A DNA stretch of 64,000 nucleotides from positions 88,908,001 through 88,972,000 of the forward strand of contig OZ241826.1 of the NCBI GenBank assembly GCA_965202585.1, read 5' to 3'. Both the position numbers and the translations under genes were made by a program. This stretch comes from Thalia democratica (taxonomy: Eukaryota). Shown here one piece after another: positions 1 through 10,145 of this stretch (positions are counted from its first letter, which is position 1; every line of letters begins with the position of its first letter). The notes below the pieces were generated by a model. That model was not told the DNA's origin. It saw only the letters and a program-made list of their open reading frames with translations, and made no database searches.

Positions 1-2034
1 ATGAAGGCTAAAAATATAATTGTTAGTTTTCATTTTTTAAATCAAATATTAGTGTATGTTATTTCTATTTGTACAAAAACATAAAAATTAGAATCAAAAA
101 TTATATCATTGTGTGTTTAAAAAACATTGTTTAAAAAAAGAATAATAAGTTGGTGTCTTTGTTGTAGCGTACTAAATAAAAAGATTTTTTTGATTACAAT
201 ATATGTTTATCAAGAGTTGTAGCATTTTTATTAAAGTTTTAATAATTTTCTAACTGTGTATGCAATCCTTAAAGTGTAGAAAAAATTTAGGTCTACTACC
301 TCTAATGCTTTTTTATACTTTTTCATTAGATCTTTGAATTTAAATATCAAGAATTTATGCAATTGTTTAGGAAACTTTGGGAGTCTCAAATTTATATACT
401 TAGAAAGATTTTTGGTGAACTAATGTTCTTAGAGAATTTTTTTGAACTATTTTCTATGAAAAATTTCCTACAAAACTGTCAACATTTGTGGTAACTAAAA
501 GTTATAATTTTGTAACAAGTAAATTAATATAAAAGTTTTTATAAACAACTTACTTTTGACTACAGAAAGTATTGAGCCCCCTATCACCTAAATATTGCTA
601 AATTTTAATTTACAGGTATTTTATTTGTTTTTGAATTTCTAAGCCACTGCTTTAAAAGAGATAAGTCTACAACCGTTTTAAAAAATATTTAAATGTATAG
701 CGAAACTAATAACTTTTACAAAAAGTAGATAAATAAACAATCTTCTGAGTGATTGATTGTTATGTAATAATTCTTATAAAAAAAAATTATTAAAAGGTTT
801 CATCTTAAGTGCACAGACAATAAATATCAGCCCAGATAAAAGGAAAAACAAACAACAAACAAAATGAATTGTTGTGAAGACAGCTTTTAGATGAGATTAC
901 AAGATAAGCTTTTAAGCACTTCATACAACAGCACCTATTTTATTTTCGTTTACAACAACTATTGTAAACATTTTCTTTACCAAGAGTGTTTTACAGTAAT
1001 TTCATTGTTAAACGGACTACACGTTATTTTCATGAAAAAATTGAGACCAAGTTTACAAAAAATAAAAGTAAACATAAAACTCACTTTATTACAACAATCC
1101 AATTTGAACTGTTTAATTTTGCAGTTATAAAGTTGTACTAATAATTTAGCAGTATAAATATACTGAGCAATAAGTATAGTGAATAATTATTTCATTTGTG
1201 ATAACTACATAACTAGAAATGTATAACATTACTTATTTAATAATGTTTAAAGTATTATTTATAATGTTTTGAAATACCTATACTTTATTAATATTGTTTA
1301 TTCCGGAATTATTTATATCTAGGATTGCCCTTAAAAGAGACCAATTATTTCTTAGTTAGTACAAAAGTTTAGGTAAATACTAAATACATAAATGAGCTTT
1401 TAGCGTTACTTGTTTATTTAAAATTGCAATAATTTAGACCTATTTTACAACTGATCAAAAAAAATACAGGTTGAAATGCTTTTTATTAGTTTTAAGTATA
1501 AGATGACATTAAATAAAAGGATTGATTGGACTTTAATAAGCAATTCACTGCTAAATATAACTACATACAATAACTTAAAAGAGTTTTTAATGATTACAAA
1601 ATAATCCAACAAACATCATTACTGGTTACTTAAAGTTTGCTATTTATCAAGAGTCAGCATTTTTAGAGTAGGTCTACAGATAAAAAAGTAATTTTGGTGG
1701 AAATTTGTTCATTTTGAATTTAAATTTTGACAGAGGCTATATTAGTTTAAATAAAAAATCAAATTAGACTTTATAAAGTCTCAAAACTAGCTCAAGCAGC
1801 TTGAGTATTTTAAGCAAGTTGCATATTAGATAGTAATTGTAAATTTAAACATATTTTAGCACATAAACTACAAAAACTCACATAAGTATTGACAACCAAT
1901 AAAATTATTGTAAGGTGAAAGACTTACAATAATTCATTACATTAAAATTAAATACTTTTAATTCAACTTTAAAACAAATTTCTATCAACATTTATTATTT
2001 TATTTCAAGTATAGTATAATCACAATAAACTTGA

Positions 2035-2771
2035 GGCCATAAATCACTTTTTTTGTTTAGTCTTACTTTTTACATAAAAAACTTAGCTAAATTATATATT
2101 ATATTAATGCTTTTAAAAACTCAAAATAATTTTTAAGGTGTAGTAACCAAAGATTCAGAAATCGAAAGTTCTTTTTTTATATATATTATATTAATGTTTT
2201 TAAAAATTCAAAATAATTTTTAAGGTGTAGTAACCAAAGATTAAGAAATCGAAAGTTCTTTTTTATGGAAGGCGCTAACTAAAAAGATAAAAATAAACTA
2301 TCAAACAAAAATATATCTCATTCAGTTTTTGACCAATGGTTTAAACCTTTCTCAGTCTATTTTTTTATAAATTCTGAACAAACAAATTATACTTTTTTTT
2401 TTTAAGAAAAAATAAAGTAAAAGTAAAAAAAAAAAATCTTTTTAAGCTTTGGTCAAAAACTTATTTTTTTACAAATCTTTTTCTGTCAACTTTTTGTATA
2501 TTAAAAGGAACATTTAGTAAAAGTTCGAAGTAAATTGCTTTAAAACTAAAGAAAGTGAAAAATTTTTAATGAACTTTTGAAAATTCTGAGACAATTGACC
2601 TTGATTTTTTTGTTCCATACAGTTGTATAAGACTGTTTTTACAATACATGTTACATCTCAGAAGTCAATTTTTTTCTATAAAAAGTATCTTATGGTATAA
2701 ACTCTTAACTTTCAAATGTGAGCCAATATTAATTTTTTTTTAAACTTTTGGGCCTTTTTCCCCCCATGGCC
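2035..2771. mobile_element. Kolobok-like non-autonomous element (MITE), copy 1
   Basis: Left end ttga|GGCCATA (2035), right end CCCCCCATGGCC|ttaa (2771, TTAA at 2772-2775). Internal motif atggaaggcgc..ctaaaaa is shared with the copy at 42766. GG..CC termini flanked by TTAA match the Kolobok signature; the superfamily assignment is inference. Confidence 0.5.
2093..2265. repeat. 87-bp direct tandem duplication (2 copies)
   Basis: aaggtgtagtaaccaaaga occurs at 2135 and 2222; the flanks are near-identical over the whole period. Confidence 0.9.
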
Positions 2772-2806
2772 TTAACTACAAACACAAAACCTTAAAACAA
2801 ATCAAC

Positions 2807-3800
2807 TTACACTGCTGATTTGCAAACTTCTTCCCTCACGGCCCTTTCTCCAAGCTGCTTGCAGTGCGCTTCAGCTTTCAAACTTTTGCAGAGCGAGTCA
2901 CTCGCGGCTGGTACTGACAGAACGTTGCCGTTCGCATCACACAACGCCAACACGACCCGCCTCTTGATTCTGATCGGAATGGAAATGCTGGATGAAGGAG
3001 AAATGTCTGAATCAACAGAGTCACTTCTCCTCACATCAGTCTTCTTCTTCGGTTGCAGGGATGTAGGTGATCCTTGTGTTTTCAAGTGGCTCCTTTGAGT
3101 GAGGCTGCTTGAAGATGACAAGGAGTATGAGCTGTTTAACCTGAAAAGTAATTGCATGATATAATTGAAAATTTACAAAGCACATGTGCTAGGGTAGGGA
3201 CAATACTTGATTAAATTATAGAGAAGCATATTAAAGTACCTCAACTATAATTGTAATATTCAAAACATGGAGTTATGTAAAATCATCAAAAAAAATATTA
3301 AGATATGAAATATAACTATGTTTACGGTAGTTTATGTTGCTCAGCCGCCCTATTACTTATCACACCTTGTCACTGATAAGTGATTTTAAATTGTTTATTT
3401 TTTGTTATTTAGGAGTCCAATAAAAAGTTATAAACATCATACTGAATACCTTAAAACTATTAACATGCTGTGGGTATTTGTAAGTTCATATAGACTTTTT
3501 CAAACAATAAAAAATTATAAAAAGATTTATTTAGAGTTAAAACTACAACTGCAAAACAACTGTTATACCTTATTGGCTTAAACGACGACCAGCTTAAACA
3601 ATCTCTCAACTTATGCTTGTCATCCGTGTTGAATCTGCTGTGAGAAGTTGAGGCTCTCAGGTTGAAGCTCTGTGAAAAGTCACAACTTTCCACTGATTGT
3701 CTGCTCTGAACTAACTGGCTTTGGTAGAACATTGTAGTTGAACTTGGTCGCTTGGTTGGGTAGAATTCGCTTGGAGTGTTGCTAAGTTGGTTTCTTTTTG
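2807..3800 (-). CDS. Last two coding exons (3800-3569, 3140-2807) of an unidentified S/T/P-rich protein; 5' part not located
   Basis: Acceptors ttcacag| (3800) and ttttcag| (3140), donor AG|gtataa (3568). Phases join in frame: KRNQLSNTPSEFYPTKRPSSTTMFYQ...KPIR|LNSSYS...VCKSAV*. Both exons are GC-richer than their flanks. No family recognised. Confidence 0.7.
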
Positions 3801-5060
3801 CTGTGAATATTTATATTTCAATAAGAAATATTAGCTCTTAGATAGATAAAATAAGTTATAGAACATGCACGAAATGCTACAAACAATTTACAAACTAAAA
3901 ACTGTACAACATTACTGTCTCATTTTAACAACAGTCTTGTTATTAGTTCATTTAAGGCCATTAAAAACATTTCTAAACAAATATGTAATTGTATATAAGT
4001 TTAAAAAAAGTAACTAAAATGCTTTTTTTTAGATTTTGACTTAGCTATATATTATTTTGTAAAACTTTTAAACTAAGAATATAGCAACATCTTCAAAATA
4101 CATTAACTTCATAGTTGTACTAACCCATGTAAGACATAAGACGATACTTAAGTACATCTTGGTCATATTTGTAAGACTTTTTCATTGCATTTAAATACTA
4201 AATTTGTGATTTCTACAAAATGATAATAGTTACATATAAATCAAACATTCAATAAGTAAACTGTAGTTAAAAAGTAAATATATAATGCTGCATCTTTTTT
4301 CTTGATCAGAAGTTCGAAAATTCTTAAAAAACAAAACAACATATGCACTGTTTCATCTGAAATTTAAACATCATTTTAGAAGTTAAAGTTTTTGTTACTT
4401 CTAAAAGTCAACTTACATAAAAGTGTAATAACTATCTACAAAGAGGCTCTGATAACTGCTGTACAGTATATTTTTGTAAAGTGGTTGAAACGTGAGATTT
4501 TTTTTTTAATTTGCAAACAAATATCATTAATACAACAGGTTTTCCCCAATCCATTTTTATAATCACCCATTAAGAAGTCATTTAAAGTAAATATACTCTA
4601 CCAACTTATTTCCCCTATCTATTGTACCCTGATATTTCTCACTTTGAGGAACCCTTATTTATATCTTACTTGATTTATTGAAAACTAAGCTAAACTTAGT
4701 AAAACAGCAAGCTAAAACAAAAATTCTATGACAAACAAAAATTTTTAAACTACCCCTTTATACCCCTCTACTAGTTATTGCCCCAGACTTACTTAAAACA
4801 AGCAAAAAAAGAGATGATATTACCCATTTTTAAAGCTTCAGTTATAAAAAATAAGTAAACTATTGTAGCTTCAACCTTATTCAATAAGTTCTTTTGATTT
4901 TGTCAGGTTTTTATTTTAGTTTTTTTTTTACAATTTTGATTTTTTATATGTATTTCAGTATAGTGGTCATTAGAGTGTATCTGTTGCCTCAATCCTTGAG
5001 TTTTGGAACAATATTATTTTTCAGGGTTGGGGTATTCATTTAAAAACAATGCAAAATAAT

Positions 5061-5491
5061 TAGCCTTCTAGTTTTTACCACCATTTAGAGCTTTTGATAT
5101 TTTTCTGAAACAACCTCCATGTAAAATGCATGGGACCTTAAAAATTTGGCCTTTTTATTTGGAAACTTTTCTACATGTTATCAAGAAATAAACACAAAAA
5201 AATACATTAAAAGCATTTTGAGACTATTTGAAGAAAATTGTTGAAGGCATTTGTTTTATTTTCTGTAATTTTTTTATAATTTTTTGTTAATTTTAAGAAC
5301 TTTTAGAAAATCATTAATGCCTCCATAAAACTTTCTTCAAATTTTCTTAAAACCCCTAGAACAATTGTTCAATATAATAGCAACTTGTAGAAATATTCCA
5401 ACTAATTACTTGAAGGTCCCATACAATTTACATAGGAGTTGTTTCAGAAAAATGTCAAATGTAATGGATGGTGGTAAAAGCTAGGAAGCTA
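5061..5491. mobile_element. Foldback MITE with ~80-bp terminal inverted repeats
   Basis: tagccttctagtttttaccacc...ctgaaacaacc..atgtaaaatgcatgggacctt (5061-5140) is the reverse complement of aaggtcccatacaatttacat..gttgtttcag...ggtggtaaaagctaggaagcta (5413-5491). Confidence 0.75.
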
Positions 5492-7259
5492 ATTTTTTGT
5501 TGTCTTTTTTTTTATAGGATTTGCCAGCTGAATTTTTTTATTGTGCTGTAATGCAACGCGTTCCTGATAATTAGTAGTTTTTTGAATATCAACATGAAAC
5601 TGAACAGCTAATAATTAATCAACAAAATTGCTTAGAAAACAGCTCTGAGTAGTTGAAGCAGTTCACTTTATAAGTAATTAGTATTGGAATTTACTGCTTA
5701 ATTGGAACACAAGTTGTGTATTTGACTCTTAAGTAATTTAAATTGGAACCCAGCAGTTTGTTTCCAGTTTAAAACAACTGTTTTTGGGAAAAAAAATTCA
5801 AATTTCATCTAGGTTTCCAAAAGTACAGGTTTTTTGGTCTGTGTTTAGTATAAAATCAAGTTTAAGGTTAAAAATTTTCTTAAACAGTATAGCAACTTTG
5901 AATAGATACTGTAAAGCTACTTTAAATGCACATTTTAATAAATAAACACTAATGATAATAAAAAATTGTTATCTGTTTGACAAAATTACTTTTTGTGACA
6001 ATTCAAAATTTTATTATTTATTATGTAAAAAATTTTAAAGTTTTAGGGTTTTCACGTTTTTTTTAAAGATTCCGGTTCAACATTCCAGGATTTTTGGGTA
6101 GCACTATCATGGTTAAAACTTTGTTACAACAAACCACAAAGTTTGGAAAATCATGAAATAACTATCCAAACATGTAAAGAAAAAATACCCAAACAATAAT
6201 TTACATGATCACTTCCACCAAAGTGAAACCTAAACGAGTTGATATCAATAAATACATTTATTAGTATATTTAAGTAAATCAATTTTAAAATTAGTTTTAA
6301 TTTGAGTGAAAAACTAAGTATTCTTAAACTCAGCATCAAACTTTGGCTGACAATTTAAACACAGTCATGTTCTAAATATTGTAATTATTGATGTACTCAT
6401 GCTTACTTATAAACAAAATTTGGTTTGGTGGTAATTTAAAAATATTCCCTTATTTGAAAACATAACTTTTTTTTGCAGAGTTTAGAGATAGAAAATGTAT
6501 TTTTTATTTTTTTTTATTATGTTATATGTTGATCAGTTATTTATAAGATTTTTTAATAAGGAACATTGATTAACATAAAAAACATAAAATTTAGAGTATT
6601 GGACAATTCTTCTACAATAAGCCTTTGGTTATAATTTATTTCAAATATTACCATTGTAAATCAAATAGGTAACGTATTTTTAATTATTTAATCAAATAAA
6701 CATTTATCTATAACTTTTTTAAACTGTTTTAGTTATACTTTTACTCTTTATTGATTAACTAATTTGTTTGACTTTGTAGACTTAAAGACAATTAGCTTTG
6801 AACCCTAGAAATATAAAATTAATTTATATAATCTTTATTTTAAATAAACTTTATAATGTTTGCTTTATATAAGCCAATGTTTCCCAAATTAGGTGTGAGA
6901 TGGCTTTTCAATTTTGTTGACAAATAAAGAGAGACTTGGGCGACTGAAAGCCGAAATTTTCTTCACTAAATAAAACAAAACTATCGCTTTTTAAAGCTCT
7001 CAGGCAATTAAAATCATATGAAATTGTAGTCGAGCAAAAAAAAGTTTTAACTGTTTTTAGACGTAATTTTGAAACTTAAACTGGGTATTTAAAAAAATTG
7101 TGAATTTTGTTTAGTACAAAAACCACTGGACTAATTGCATAATTTTCACAAACTTTCCACCTAAATTTTAAGTTTGTTATTATGTACTTTACTTGTACTT
7201 CAAGGGGTTCGAAAACAAATTTAAACATTTCAGGGGAGTTGGGCATCCAAAAGGTTAAG

Positions 7260-9075
7260 ATCCACATCTGTAGAGAAGCCATATTTAGCATACTTGGTGC
7301 TAATCAATTTTCACAAATCGACAACCTAATACCGTGAGTAATTGAAGTGACGGGTATTGGTCATCAACTTGAGTCTTGACCACGAATACTTTATCTAGAG
7401 GCTACTGATTAAATGGCTGTTTAGAAACTATGTCCAGCAAATAAAGTGCAAAATCATTTTGACATAACGAGAATTGTGTACCATGAATAAAAGAGTTCAC
7501 AAGTGCTGACCCATTGAGTTCAAAAGGTGTAATTTGTCAACAGACTTTTGATTGAGAGCTTATTAAGAAACCAGGATTAGAATTTATGGTGTGAAACAAG
7601 CTTCACAACTCGACAAATCGCGTCTGGTGAGTGATCGGAGTGACGGGTGCTGATCCATTAACTTGACCAGGTGTAGTTTCTCCACAGTCTTCTTATAAAG
7701 AGGTTGTAGATAAACAATATTTAGCGTTTATATTGCGAAACAAGGTTCACAAAGCGACAAATCGTGTACCGTGAGTGATTTAGGTGACGGGTGCTGATCT
7801 ACCAACTTGAATAGCTGTGGTTTCTCGACAGTCTTTTGACTAAGAGGTTGTAGATAAACAATATTTTGCGTTTATGGTGCGAAACCAGCTTCATAAACTC
7901 GACAAATTGCGTATCGTGAGTAATCAGGGTGACGGGTGCTGATCTACCAACTGGACAAGGTGAAGTTTCTCCACAGTCTTTTGGTTAAAAGGTTGTTAAC
8001 AACATTTAGCGTTTACGGTGCGAAATCAGGTTCAAAACTCGACAAATCGTGTACCGTGAGTAATCGGGGTGATGAGTGCTGATCCATTAACTTGACCAGG
8101 TGAAGTTTCTCCACAGTCTTCTAATTTATAGGTTGTAGATAAACAATATTTAGCGTTTATGGTGCAAAACCAGCTTCATAAACTCGACAGAAATCGCGTA
8201 CCATGAATGATCGGAATGACGGGTACTGATCTACCAAATTGACCAGGTGTAGTTTCTCCACAGACTTCTAATTAAGAGGTTGTAGATAAACAGTTTTTAG
8301 CGTTTATAGTGCGAAATCAGCTTCAATAAACTCAACAAATCGTGTACCTTTAGTGATCGGGGTGACGGGTACTGATCTACCATCTTGAACAGGTGTAGTT
8401 TCTCCAAAGTCTTCCTATTAAGGGGTTGTAGATAAATATTATTTAGCGTTTGTGGTGCAAAACAAGCTTCACAACTCGACAAATCGCGTACCTTGAGTGA
8501 TCGGGGTGATGAGTGCTGATCCATTAACTTGACCAGGTGAAGTTTCTCCACAGTCTTCTAATTTATAGGTTGTAGATAAACAATATTTAGCGTTTATGGT
8601 GCAAAACCAGCTTCATAAACTCGACAGAAATCGCGTACCATGAATGATCGGAATGACGGGTACTGATCTACCAAATTGACCAGGTGTAGTTTCTCCACAG
8701 ACTTCTAATTAAGAGGTTGTAGATAAACAGTTTTTAGCGTTTATAGTGCGAAATCAGCTTCAATAAACTCAACAAATCGTGTACCTTTAGTGATCGGGGT
8801 GACGGGTACTGATCTACCATCTTGAACAGGTGTAGTTTCTCCAAAGTCTTCCTATTAAGGGGTTGTAGATAAATATTATTTAGCGTTTGTGGTGCAAAAC
8901 AAGCTTCACAACTCGACAAATCGCGTACCTTGAGTGATCGGGGTGATGGGTGCTGATCTACCAACTTGAACAGGCTTAGTTTCTCGACAGACTTCTGATT
9001 GAGAGGTTGTAGAACAGAGTTTTTCAAACAGGGGTCTTCGTATGGTGCGAGGCAGCATTCCAAGGAGTACGAGAT
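7260..9075. repeat. Tandem array of 12 units of 140-149 bp, with a 437-bp three-unit higher-order repeat
   Basis: The anchor (c/t)tg(a/g)(t/c)c recurs at 7357, 7506, 7650, 7794, 7939, 8079, 8226, 8372, 8516, 8663, 8809 and 8953 (spacings 149,144,144,145,140,147,146,144,147,146,144). About 8062-8510 and 8499-8947 are essentially identical. Confidence 0.95.
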
Positions 9076-9771
9076 GATTTTTCAATATTGTTTGATAAAT
9101 AAAATACTTTTCTTTAACTTGTGTGACTGTAAGCTGAAATTTAATTTAGTAAACAAAACATAACAATTGAATTTAGAAGCAAATTATATGAAGTGGATGA
9201 AGAGCAAAAAAAGGGTTATAAGTATTTTCAAAGGTAATTGTGAAACTTACACTACACATTAAGAGAAAAAAGTAAATCTGGATGCACATATTTTGTTAAG
9301 CAGGGCGACTGCTGGTTTAATTGCATAATTTTAACTAAGGTTTTAAACTCTATACTAAGTTAATTATAATTATCATGTACTTTACATGTACTGCAAGGAG
9401 TGCGAGAATAAGTTAAAGTTTTTTAGGGTTGTTAGGCATCAAATAGGTTATTAACCACTTGTTTTGTTCAAGATTTTTGCCTTTTTTAAATTAAACGATT
9501 TAATTGCATTTTATTTTGTTCTTATGCTAATAAATATCCTAGTTAAAAAATATATTATGACGTAGTAGTTCAAAACTGTGTATAAAACTAAAATTTTAAA
9601 AGCTAGACGATTTTTACATTGTAATAATATTTTTGTAAGTAAAAGTAAATCCAAATGAAATGTATATAAAAACAAACACTTTACCAATATAAACTTTAAA
9701 TTAAAACTATCTTAGTAAGGAACTGTTTGATGTTAGTTATTGTAAATAAATAGTTACTGCTATCGGCGAAA

Positions 9772-9805
<34 letters not shown>

Positions 9806-10145
9806 TTTCCCAAACAATACTTAAAGTAATTATAAAAACTTTTATTAATAACAAGCTGTATCTTACAAACTTTTTATCTTAAAGAAATAGTTTAATCCCT
9901 GAATAAAAATAACTATTTTGAAACGAAACTTAAATCTAAATAAGAAAGTAATACAAAAATTATATAAAGAATTAAATTAACTTGTTTCAGCAGCAAATTA
10001 TTTTTTCTAATATATTGTTTTTTAAGGTAAACATTTTATCAAATAAACAAACGGTTAAAAACTATTGTGAAACAAAAATATTATTTGTGAAACTATCTTA
10101 TTAAAAACCGATTACTGTAAAATTATTGATTTTATAAGTTTGCTA

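Noticed and set aside
6151-6339. Possible exon of the orphan minus-strand gene near 6219
   Set aside because: An acceptor-like site exists, but no frame and donor combination links it convincingly to the phase-1 exon at 3800.
8297-9063. ORF-track ORFs 8297-8551 and 8734-9063 as continuous coding genes
   Set aside because: Unit lengths are often not multiples of three, so read-through frames hit stops within two or three units; only a spliced model is tenable.
7260-9075. CRISPR-like or ribozyme array
   Set aside because: The spacers are homologous to one another rather than unique, the context is eukaryotic with no cas genes, and no CUGANGA/GAAA hammerhead core was found in either strand of the unit.
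9775-9802. Poly(A) run as the tail of the Penelope-like element
   Set aside because: It is on the wrong strand (it would be poly-T in the element transcript) and about 340 bp from the stop; long A runs are common in this window.
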